Below are positions 37,610 to 49,339 of a stretch of 64,000 nt of DNA, piece by piece (position 1 is the first letter of the stretch; each line of letters opens with the position of its first letter). Made by a program: the position numbers and the translations under genes. Source of the DNA: Ophelia neglecta (taxonomy: Eukaryota). Location of the stretch: assembly GCA_965285935.1 (NCBI GenBank), contig OZ260667.1, positions 5,952,001 through 6,016,000 of the forward strand, read 5' to 3'. The notes below the pieces were generated by a model. It saw only the letters and a list, made by a program, of their open reading frames with translations, was not told where the DNA came from and made no database searches.

Positions 37610-37835
37610 AGTTGCGCCCCGAAATGTAACCTGCCCCGAAATGTAACCAGTTACACTTGGGGGGCTGGTTACATTTCGGGGTTCAATAGTGCTGCCCCTA
37701 AATGTAACTAACCCCGAAATGTAACCGGTTACGTTTCGGGTTGATGGCTACCTTTGGAGGCAGCACTACTGAACTCCGAAACGTGTAAATGTAACTGGTT
37801 ACAATTCGTGGCAGGCTACATTTCGGGGCCCAACA
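37610..37835. mobile_element. Foldback/MITE built from ccccgaaatgtaacc sub-repeats
   Basis: gttgcgccccgaaatgtaacctgcc...ggcaggctacatttcggggcccaac inverted ends with nested internal palindromes. Confidence 0.75.
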
Positions 37836-38635
37836 ACCCGAATTTACCACTAAGCTTGGGTTGAAAATTATCCATTGAAAACTAGAACGAAGAATAGGTT
37901 TTAGTTTTATTCAAGCATGTAACATGATACATATGCTAATTAACGTTAGTCAGGGGGAGCCGTGTGGTGCCCTCGTGGTAGTCAGGGGCAGCCGTGTGGT
38001 GCCCGCCGTGGTTGTCAGGGGCAGCCATGTGGTGCCTTCGTGGTACAAGTTTAAATCAAATTGGCTAGTAACAATAAATTATTATGACTATAGGCTAGGT
38101 TTTTCTGAAATGCCGTTTATGTTAATAATAAATAATATGATAGCCAGGGTAGCACAAGATAACCAGGAATGTGACGTCAGCAGCTCGATCCAATCAGGAC
38201 CCGCTTTCTGGAAGCCGTGTTTATCCCCCTATGCCCTATAATTTGCCTATGAGTAGTTAGTTAAGACCGATAAAGCGCTTTAATCCTGATTTAATCCTAG
38301 TTGTGAGTTAAGACCGCTTCGAGAAACTGGGCCCAGGACATTGTTTATAGCAGGCGGGATGTGAGATATCTCAATGAAAGAAGGACAAGATATGTGTAAA
38401 TATACACCCATAAATATGCGTTCAGAAACCGGGATGGAATTCGAAAGTTAGGATTCTTTAGTTTGTTTTTATATCGAAAATAATTTCTTCACGGTCCCAT
38501 TCTACCTGGGGCTAGTTGTTAAATAATTCTTAGATTTTACTTGAACTTTGATTCCATAGTTTAAGTCTGATAAAAGACTTGCTCAAGTCAAAAAATGCCA
38601 AGTCCAAGTCGAAAGGTTTTACTTCAAATCAAGAA

Positions 38636-38818
38636 TACAGTGAATCTTGTGTTCATGGTCACCTGTATAATAAGGTCACCTGTCCACTAAGGGCATTAAA
38701 TAACAGACCAATCCCCATTTATGCCTGTGTTAACTGACCTGTCTATTGAGGTCACCTACATGATGTGGTCAGTTTTTTCCAGTCCCTTGACTGACCTAGT
38801 TAGACAGGTTTCACTGTA
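38636..38818. mobile_element. Tc1/mariner-pogo type MITE, family B copy, just 3' of the IPT-gene stop codon
   Basis: tacagtgaa...gtttcactgta; homologous to 16633-16810. Confidence 0.75.
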
Positions 38819-38877
38819 TATTAACAAGCGTCCCATGGTGACTCCATGGGTTGTCCCTATCCCGGTTAAAGTGAGGG

Positions 38878-41800
38878 TTAAAGGTCACTACTATCCCAAT
38901 TGGCGTCACGGTCCCAGTCGTCCTCACGACTCCATGGGCTGTCATTGTACCGGTCATATCCCCGATCACGGTTCCAGGGGTCGTGTCTTTCTCGGTCAAA
39001 ATCGCTAATCGGTCTAGTTTCCCGCCGATTTTTGGGTATGGAGGGAAGGGCGTCTCTGTAATCCCGACCGTGTCTGTGGTCTGGATACTCTCTAGGGTCA
39101 CGGGAATCCCGGTCGTACCCGTCGTCACTCCGGTCGTACCGGCCATCCCTGTGACCCCCCGGACTCCGACCGTCCCTGGAGTCCCAGCCAGCCCTTGGGT
39201 TGTCACTATATCCTCTTGGCCCGCTGCCATTAAGAGGAGGCGGGTAGTAGGTATCTCTATTGGTACCGCGGACGCCCTGTCCTCTCCCAATGATTTGTGA
39301 CTGCTTTGGATCACTGCGCTGGCGTCTTGCACATGCGCATAGGATGACTGACAGTAGAACGAGCAGCACCGTGGCCACAACAATACCAATGATAAGTTGG
39401 ACCTCTATCTCCTCGTCTTCGGGGAAGTGCACCACGCCAATCTCGTGGATCTGACTGTAACCCACCTGAACCTGAAAAGTATTATCCAAAAATTAATGTG
39501 TATGTATTATTATTACAGTGAAAACTGTGAATTAAGACCACCTAAAGGTAGTCTGTTTACACAGGTTATGTTACATTGAAAATATATACTAAGACCTTCA
39601 TATTGGTGGTCTGTATTGGCAGATGGTCTTAATACAGAGGTAGTCTTTAAGGCAGGTTTCACTGTATTATTATTACAGGGTACCTTTGAATTAAGACACC
39701 TAAGGCACATGTCCGAAGACAAAGGTGGTCTGCTAAGACAGGTTATTTTACATTAAAAGTGTAAACTATGCCATTCCCAATAATGACTTGAATTGACAGG
39801 TGGCCTTAATACACAGGCATATTTTCTGTTATACGATAACAAGCTCATTCACAATTAGAGAACCAAAGGTGTATATTTCAAAGGCTGACGATTTCTTGAT
39901 TATAAATTTTTACTGAATTAAAGGATTACTCCTGTATATTGATTTTGCTCTGTCTGCCGGGAATCAACTCCCGTTTGTCCATAAAGTATTCCCCAGTTGT
40001 AAATTTCCTTTACCTGCTTATCACAAGCGAGGCGACAATAATTTAGTATAATAATTAATCAAAGTCGTCACTGACTTGTTGTGTAAATTTAACAAATTCA
40101 ATGGTCGCATTTACACACTTGAATAAACAGTGCGTGATGATAAATAGCATTTAACTCAACTAATGCTATACTTTCCTCTCTAATTTCGTGATATTAACTG
40201 GTATCTAAAGTTCACAAACACCAATACCTATGGTACTGGCGACAGTGCTAAACTAAAACTCAGCATGTGCATACCAGTAAGTTGTAGTTGTGATCCTCCA
40301 GGTGTCGCTCTGTTTCAAGGGCAGATGGTGGCGTCTGTGGTGTTAGACAGAGAAGCTGATTGGATGCCAGCTCTGTGACGTTGCAATGACCTTGACCGAT
40401 GGTCACTATGTAGTCGTCCATTCCACATCCTCGGTCCATGTTATTGCCCTTAAATGAGAAAACATTAAACGAGTAAGGAAATTAGTTTCCACATTTGGCA
40501 GCATACTTATCAAGTAAAACATGTATTGCAATTAAAAAGTTACTCTCTGAAAATATTTATCAATTCATGGCAAGTATTGCACTGACAGTACAATCATATA
40601 GCGTATTGTATACTACTATCAACAGTACACGCCTATGGTGTATTGAAATACTATAATTTGATTTCGTTCTTCTCACAGAAGTAAAACTTAGTCTTTTTTT
40701 CGCCAAAGGACTGAATAAATCTATTATTAACCAGGGCCCGGTTTCTTGAAGCAGTCTTATGACTTGAGAACGGAACTATCTTCGTCGCTTGCAATTAAAG
40801 ACTTAGTACCTAACGCCTTCTCAAACACTGACTTACGGGTTCTGCTAGTATAGGGCAGGTTACTGTAGTAGTATGTGTATAGTCAGTACCATATTCTAGC
40901 ATTTTCTCAGACTGGTACTTGCAAGTATTATGCTCCGTATAGTATAGGGCATCTAGTAACATGTTACTGTAGTAGTATGGTTATAGTAAGAAGCATGTGC
41001 TAGCCTTTTATCAAACTGGTATTTGTAAGTATTAGACTCCGTTTAGATATATAAATACAAAGTAATATGAAAGCCTGAAGCACCGACCTCTATGGACAGA
41101 TATTCCGTGGGCCCGATAGTCTTTACGCCTTCCCATGATTCAAAATCTGGATCCGGATATACTAGGAGCTGTCCGTATTCTGGTAACACCGCTGGCAGAT
41201 TGATGTAGGTCGGAACTCCGTCCAGAACGAGGCCTATATAGTAGTCGTAGTCGTCCAGGCTGTCCTTCGTGACGTAGGCGGAAATAGCCGGCGTCTTACA
41301 AATCATCTTGTCAGAACGAACGCTGTCCTTGTCACATGGCTGAGGAAAAGTACCATCTATGTATTTACATAATGAACAAGAAACCAGAATTAATATTAAG
41401 GGAAAACACTCTTACACAGCGTATTGGGCGAATTCTCGCTTAATTTTATTCAGCAAGTGAAACTGCCTGATTCACATTGTGCTTGAGGCTACATTCTGCG
41501 CGAATTTAAGCGATGCGTGAAATTACCCTCATATAGGCCAATAAATAGATCCTCAATCTACTTATAATAGTATTGTCTTTGAAATCTTAATGGTGGGCGC
41601 GGTTCTATAGAACTGACTATAGACTATTCACCAACATGAATTGAGGTATTGTTAGTTCATTGAATTATAAAGAGCATCTTGGTGTAAGCAGAGCTTGTAC
41701 TCGTTTACCACATTAGTAAAATGTTACAGTTTGTATACCAAGGGTTATTATAGTCTCTTACTCAATCAACCCCTTGGACTACTTACATTGACGAGGGAGA

Positions 41801-44800
41801 CCTCCGCTGCCGAGCTCTGCCCCGCCTTTGGAGACAGGTTGACGCGGAGACTGGGGTCCGCCACGGAGTCCAGGTACTGGCCCTCTACCGTCAGCCTAGT
41901 GCCACCACTGGAAATATTAAAATAGAGGTGTATCTATGGCAATCGGACCTCTGCCTGGCCACAACATTAAGCATGCATACCTGATATAGGTCAACTTTAT
42001 TCGCAATCATGCAAAAGTTAAGTTATATGTCGAAACAAAAATGCTTAGCAACCATATCAGGCAAAGGCACAAATGAAAAATTATAAAGAATAAGTTATAG
42101 TTATTGTTTCGCCTGATCAGAAATATGTTTTTCGTGTTTGCCTGTGTGGGAGAACAAGGAAAGGAGCAAGGAAAGGGGGCGTGGAGGAGTTTGTGGGGTG
42201 TAGCAAGGGGGGTGAGGTGTATAGGGGGTGGGGAGGGAGGGGGCCTTGTAATTGCCGGATAGCAAGTGAGACAATGGTGTTGCTTTACCTGAGTGTGGTT
42301 TCCAAGGGGTAGATTTTGGTAATATTTGGGTCCGGAGTGTAGGTGAATGTGTATGGCGTGTTCAGGGTACATCCGTTGGTAAAGACAAACATAACGGCAT
42401 ACACCACATACACGGAAATCTCGGCAGCCGGCAATGTGTATACTACTACCCCGTCCGACGTCCTGAGGAGTAAAAACGGGAAATGATTAAAACTTTTGAA
42501 TCTACTTTTTTTTTGCTCCGAAGGGACTAAACATAATTTAGTAAATTGAACCTGCCGTAAGCGTTGAACTAAGCCCAAGTATATAGACAAGGTTGTCCCC
42601 AGATTGAAGTGTAAAGTTATCCTTTACCCAGGGAACGAAATATGCAAGTACTTTGGGACCAGCGGACATAACAAATCAGAATTTCTAGACCTGATCCTTA
42701 ATACACTAGAATTTCTAGACCGGCGTACTTCAAATACTGGTATTTCAGGAACGGGGGTGGGGGGGGGGGAGCAAATTTTCCAAGGCTGACAAGGCCAATG
42801 TCTGGACTGTCCCCGTTATCATCCCTCTGAAACCACCTTGCGTGGGTCCAGAAATAGGGCCTGGTCGAGGCAAAGGTGGTGGCGGGTCCCCTGCCCCCCC
42901 CCCTCTGAATTCGCCACTGCTTGACTTGTTCCTAAGAATCTTTTAACAATCCACCTAAGTTTAATTTGTAGTCAGAACTTCAAGTCAAAGTCTGAAACTA
43001 TGGAGAAATATTTCAAGTCCGAGTCTAAGAATATTTTACCAACCGGCCCGGCCGTATTATGAACGCTTCCATGCCTATACAATAAGCGGTCGCTCCATGA
43101 ATGCACGACTCTAAGAAGTTAATGTTACTGATTACTGTCCGGTTGACCGCCATGATATAAATCATAAAAGCCGGGGCTATAAGATTCGCAAAATTAATTA
43201 ACACCTGACCGTTTATTTCAGCTAATACGGCGTGTCCCGCTTTGCAATGAATATGTAGCAGAATTTTCGGAACACTCGGTCTCGAAGTAGCACGTTTAGA
43301 TATTAGTTTCAAATTCCGAATTATCAGATGATGGTGTTGATTTAATTATAATGGCGAGATAGATTCAATTATATCAGTAAATAAATATATGTTGTCAGAA
43401 ATACCAACCAGTTGAACTGTACGATATTGTATGGCCCGTATTGTATGGAGGCCAGCTGGTCCTCGGACACTCCAGACAGCCTGGCGGTCAGTTTAGACCC
43501 GCCCGACATCGGCCCTTTGGACAAAGACACATCGCTTACTGAAATCAAGCAACATCTTATAATAACCCAATGATATCAGAGGAAATAAACCACTCAGTAC
43601 TCTTATAAACATGTCTGCAGCGAACCTCTTGATGTACCATATAGTTCCCTTCAGAATTATCAATAATCGGTGTGTATAAATGTTACCGCTTCACAATTAA
43701 TGAACTATTGCATAAATTACTAATGAAAGGTAGGAAGTTACCTGTTGGCACACAGTAAACACCAGATTCATCGCTAGGGGGCGCTTGAATAGAAAAAATA
43801 TAGTTCGAGTCATCTCAACACCGCAATGTATATTGTGTCGGGAATAATGAAATACAGTTTATACAATGGCATTGGTTAACAAAATATGGTCACAGCAGGC
43901 TCGCGGGATTGTGGGGAAACTTGAAGGGTAGGGGCCATCTTGGAGCGTAAGGGGATAATTTGGTGGTAGGGGACAACTTGGGGGGGGGGGTCAACTCAGG
44001 GGTAGGGGAAACCCTGAGGATAGGGTGACACCTTTGGCAATGGTGGAAAAGTTTGTGTTTTTTTTTTGGACAAGTTGGGGAATAGGGGACAACTTGATCA
44101 AGTCCTACCTGCTCGTTTACGTCTACGTCGTCTCAAGGGTGGATAGGCCTCTGTCGTTGTGTAGTCCGATGTCGTATCATTTGTGGTCGTCCAGTATTCT
44201 GTATTACCACCAGGGGACGGCGTACTCATTATCATTGAATTAAAGCAGTTTGAAGAAACTAAAAAGAAAATTTAAAATATTTATTTGTTTTCCATTATTC
44301 GAGATTTATCTCGAATCATCGTATGTCATTAGTACAGAGAATATATGTTTACGAGACTTTTTGTGCTGATGTTTTTCAGGATTTGATCATTTTTATCCTA
44401 TATTTCGATCATTTGATTTTACTTTAATGTGCTGGTGCTCTTCTTCTTGTTGAGCTAAATATGAGCTACAAATTTTGCCTTTGATTAGTGGATTGAATGG
44501 ATTTTCTCCCGATGTTTGTGAACTCTGAAAAGGTCGTCGCCTTAGAAAATGTTGTCGAATTCAGTACCAAACATGTCACACTTTTTTGATGCGATTAAAC
44601 TTTTTGCTTACCACATCTTCCTAAAAGGTTTTACCAAACTTACGTTTGGGGGGGGGGGGGGGGCAGTTCCTTTGATTTAGATTTGAGATTTCACCTTCGT
44701 TACTCTGTATTTACTGACTTTTCATGCTTACTCTCGTTCTGTGATATCCACCATCCTCCCCCCATTGAGATTGGCTGTGTTGCTTTATATGGTCATGCCA

Positions 44801-47379
44801 ATGCGTCAATTGTACCCGATAAGGGGTCGACCAATTGAACATATCCGACCCAAGGCATCACATTGATTTGTTTTTAGTTCAGATGTGGGAATCACTTCAT
44901 ATGCTGCGAAGATGGAAAGGGCCAGGAGGTATTAGATAGCGTCCTAAAGATAGACTTTTAAGTAATAGAATCATTTTCAGTGGTGCTGCCCACTTCCATT
45001 ACTGTGGTCAAACAGTTATAAAGAACCTTCGCAAAATGATCATTTATCAAGCCATGGCCTAAATGTATAATTCTGCTAGTATGCCGCTTGTAAAATAACT
45101 ATCAGAATAATCTGATGGATTCCTTACTTAGCTGAGGGTCATATAAACAGAACTGCTGTTATAGCTATCCCCCCCCCCCCCCTCTTCATTTATTAATGTC
45201 ATGATATGGAGTGCCCCCCCCCCCCTCCACCACACCATCTATCAGACTACCATCGCTACTCGCAATTTATCACTACGCTATGGGAGCAGAGCAAGCAGTG
45301 AGGCACAGGATGTGTGGATGTGTGGTTAAACCACAAAATCCTTCCCTTACATTACTGTGGCTGCTATGATGCTATGGGAGCAGACCAGGCAGTAAAGGCA
45401 CAGGATGTGTGGATGTGTGGTTAAACCACAAAATCCTTCCCTTACATTACTGTGGCTGCTATGATGCTATGGGAGCAGACCAGGCAGTAAAGGCACAGGA
45501 TGTGTGGATGTGTGGTTAAACCACAAAATCCTTCCCTTACATTACTGTGGCTGCTATAATGCTATGGGAGCAGACCAGGCAGTAAAGGCACAGGATGTGT
45601 GGATGTGTGGTTGAACCACAAAATCCTTCCCTTACATTACTGTGGCTGCTATAATGCTATGGGAGCAGACCAGGCAGTAGAGGCCCCGGATGTGTGGATT
45701 TGTGGTTAATATACCCAACTTAAAGACTCTAAATAGCCAACATGGTTCGTTTGTGGGGTTAAACCACCAAAATATCCATCCCTAGCGTTACTGTGGCTGC
45801 TGGTTCCTAATGATTTCGGACCAATTTAATGGACTCTCCATGACTAATGCATTGGCTTTGTCTGTCGGGTCTCCACTGCGGGTTTCTCTATAGCAATTTC
45901 CCCACAGCAAAATGTCTTGAAAATGTAATATGGAAATATGGTTAGCAAAGTTTTCCTTCTCACGACAATAATGGGGCCGGTTTCTAGCATGGGTATGAAC
46001 TCTTAACTGGGATTATAATCAGGATTAATCGTTCTTAACTGGCTAATCGGTGCTTCTGGAAGCTGGATTTGGTCTATACCCTAGCCATCCATTTTGATCT
46101 TGCAGTCTCAGCCTATTGGAATAAGGCTATCTTATCGCTTTTTGTTCTAGAAACCGGGCCCAATAGGTTATGTGGGGTGAGGTAGAGTATAATGTATATA
46201 ACTGAAGTAGGCCTACCTTCTCTCTTCCGCCGAACATTGATACCAGTTGTTGTTGTGTCTTCATCTGTTGTTGTGTTTTCAGCTGTTGTTGTTGTGTTTT
46301 CAGCTGTTGTTGTGTTTTCAGCTGTTGTTGTGTTTTCAGCTGTTGTTGTGTTTTCAGCTGTTGTTGTTGTGTCTTCAGCTGTTGTTGTGGGGATATCGGC
46401 CGTTGTATTTTCGCCTGCTGTTGTTCCATTGTCGGCTGTTGTTGTGTTTTCAGCTGCTGTGGTGGTGTCAGGATGCACGGTGGTGGTGGTTGTGGGGTCT
46501 GGACACGACAGCAAGTATCCTGGCTGAGCTGAAGAAAACATATTCGATTATATTTCATTTTTATTTTGGTAAATTCGCTTAGAGCATTCAGGATATTATA
46601 TGAAGGGATTATGAGCGTGTACATATATTGTGGGTTAAATAACTGGCTATGCGGCCTATGCCAGAGGTTAAAATTAAACCAATGTACTACAGCTCCAGCT
46701 TCGAGAGACATAGGGCTAAACCGCATCCGTGACCTTGTGAGGACAAGCCATAGACAGCCCGCCGAATCGCAAACATTTAGGTGTAAACATATAAACAAAA
46801 GAGGTATTCAAATCGCTGAAATGCAAATACCACTAAAAAGCAAAACATTTCTTATAAAATAAAGTCACTGAAATACTTATAATGAACTTATCATCCGTTA
46901 CAAATTTGACGTCAGTACAATACAAACCAATACATAAATTAAACATTCACTAAAATAATAACCATTCACTAAAATAAACATTAACTAAAATACAAACCAT
47001 TCACTAAAATAAACATTCACTAAAATACAAACCATTCACTAAAATAAACATTCACTAAAATACAAACCATTCACTAAAATATAAACTATTCACTAATTCA
47101 CTAAAATAAAAACCATTCACTAATTCACCGAAATAAAAACCATTCCCTAAAATACAAAACAATCACTAAAATAGCAGGCCGTCACTAAAATACAAACCAA
47201 TCAGTCAAGCAATTACTAAAATTCATACTAATCACTAAAATACAAAACACTAAGTTACTAAAATACAAAAAAAAATCACCCAAATACAAACCATTATCCG
47301 TCAGTGTAAAAGCTGATATCATTGGAATTAAGATGAATATTCCGATGACCACGGTAGGCACTAAGGCTCGCATACGCAT
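38878..47379 (-). CDS. Type I membrane glycoprotein: signal peptide, two Thr-rich (mucin-like) furin-ended modules, three plexin/MET-type IPT/TIG domains, TM helix, Arg/Asp-rich cytoplasmic tail (9 exons, ~664 aa)
   Basis: Exons 47379-47292, 46528-46217, 44258-44109, 43538-43409, 42462-42289, 41907-41787, 41339-41088, 40448-40275 and 39471-38878 are all GT-AG with matching phases (1,1,1,2,2,0,0,0) and give 1995 nt open. IPT hallmarks: SKGPMSGGSKLT, FTYTPDPNITKIYP..SGGTRLTVEGQYLDSV, MICKTP, IGLVLDGV, VYPDP, IEGNNM..VTIGQGHCNVTELASNQLLCLTP. TM: LIIGIVVATVLLVLLSVILCAC-ARRQR. Confidence 0.85.
39514..39666. mobile_element. Tc1/mariner-pogo type MITE, family C copy (last intron of the IPT gene)
   Basis: tacagtgaaaactg...caggtttcactgta; followed by a second degenerate copy to ~39830. 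Confidence 0.75.
42745..42919. mobile_element. MITE family A, 5'-truncated copy (intronic)
   Basis: Same core; ends ctgaattcgccactg. Confidence 0.7.
45277..45800. repeat. Tandem repeat, 95-bp unit, ~5 copies (intron)
   Basis: gctatgggagcag starts at 45277, 45371, 45466, 45561 and 45656. Confidence 0.93.
46935..47290. repeat. A-rich minisatellite (~16-20-bp aaccattcactaaaata units), intronic
   Basis: Repeated attcactaaaata motif running up to the splice donor. Confidence 0.85.
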
Positions 47380-48117
47380 GATCAGCGTTGAGTTGTATCT
47401 GAAAATACAGAGAGGCCACAATATGACTAACCTAAATCTAGGATTCGGGAATGTCTTATTGGGGTATGATTATGGGATTTGGACTACATTCGTCATCCTG
47501 TGACAGGAAGAAACTGCTTTTAGCATTCGATAACACAAGAAGTATGCTGCCTAGTAGCCTATAAGGGTTTGTAGGCTGTAAACATAGCCCATCCCAGCCC
47601 CCAAACCTAGTAATTCCCACTGACACCTCTGATAAATATACCAAGTTTGTTGAACATGATTTTTTCATGACACGTAGATAACTGTATAATTGGTCACTTG
47701 TTCCAAATTAAAAGACTGATATGGCAGTCCTGTTTTCTCCCGATAGATCTCATTTGTAGGGCCATGCGATTTTGATTTGTTAGATCAAAACGTTGCCTCA
47801 TTTTGTTTTGGGAAAAGAGCCATAAAAAACATCAAAATGAAAAAAAAATCAATTGTTTATTTTTCCAAATATTTTATGTCAGCAAATAGTATACTGGTCT
47901 TACATTGTCATCTTGCTACACCTACCAGGATGATATGGGTATGTGCAGGGAAGTTAAAATATTTGTCCTAAGGGTGATTTTTACCCTCAGGCTGTTTAAG
48001 CAGGAATGCTAGATATTCGACACCTGGGGATCACTTGATCTATTTGAAAGAAACATCATCCTGTCTTTAAAGTCATTTTTTGTATCATATTTCACTTACA
48101 TTTTACATGAAAACTAT

Positions 48118-49197
48118 CCAAAACAACATGTAAAACAACATGTAAAACAACACGTAAAACAACATAAAAACAAGACTTAAACAACATGTAAAACAACACG
48201 TAAAACAACATAAAAACAAGACTTAAACAACATGTAAAACAACACGTAAAACAACATAAAAACAAGACTTAAACAACATGTAAAAGAACATGTAAAACAA
48301 CATAAAAACAAGACTTAAAGAACATGAAAAACAACACGTAAAACAACATAAAAACAAGACTTAAACAACATGTAAAAAAACATGTAAAACAACATAAAAC
48401 AAGACTTAAAGAACATGAAAAACAACATGTAAAACAACATAAAAACAACATGTAAATCAACATAAAAACAACATGTAAAACAACATGTAAAACAACATGT
48501 AAAACAACATGTAAAAAAAACATGTAAAACAACATAAAAACAAGACTTAAAGAACATGAAAAACAACACGTAAAACAACATAAAAACAAGACTTAAACAA
48601 CATGTAAAACAACACGTAAAACAACATAAAAACAAGACTTAAACAACATGTAAAAAAAACATGTAAAACAACATAAAAACAAGACTTAAAGAACATGAAA
48701 AACAACACGTAAAACAACATAAAAACAAGACTTAAACAACATGTAAAAAAACATGTAAAACAACATAAAACAAGACTTAAAGAACATGAAAAACAACATG
48801 AAAAACAACATAAAAACAACATGTAAATCAACATAAAAACAACATGTAAAACAACATGTAAAACAACATGTAAAACAACATGTAAAACAACATGTAAAAC
48901 AACATGTAAAACAACATGTAAAACAACATAAAAACATGTAAAACAACATAAAAACAACATGTAAAACAACATGGAAAACAACATGTAAAACAACATGGAA
49001 AACAACATGGAAAACAACATGTATAACAACATGTAAAACAACATGAAAAACAACATAAAAACAACATGTAAAACAACATGTTAAACAACATGTAAAACAA
49101 CATAAAAACAACATGAAAAACAACATGTAAAACAACATAAAAACAACATGAAAAACAACACGTAAAACAACATAAAAACAAGACTTAAACAACATGC
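48118..49197. repeat. Simple satellite, 12-bp unit (aaaacaacatgt) with variants
   Basis: 12-nt periodicity; explains the stop-free CCFT/VLHV/LFYM ORFs. Confidence 0.97.
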
Positions 49198-49339
49198 TAA
49201 ATAATTTATATACAAATCTAGAGTCTATTTTATTTTTCATGTTTCAAGCCTCATTTTGATTTTGGGAAAAATACTCAACCAATAAAAATTGTACGTCCCA
49301 AATGGTTTCTCCATAGCCTTTATTATTGCCTCGAGGGCA

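Noticed and set aside
38811-39389. 192-aa Thr/Gly-rich ORF overlapping the receptor's last exon
   Set aside because: Shifted reading of R/D/G codons, with no independent start or splice support.
46127-46798. Poly-Gln (LKTQQQ) ORF and the antisense Val/Leu-rich ORFs
   Set aside because: Alternative frames of the AENTTT exon. Only the Thr-rich frame fits the flanking splice phases.
48269-49240. Multiple long Cys/Phe/Val-rich ORFs
   Set aside because: They are translations of a 12-bp satellite that lacks stops in several frames.
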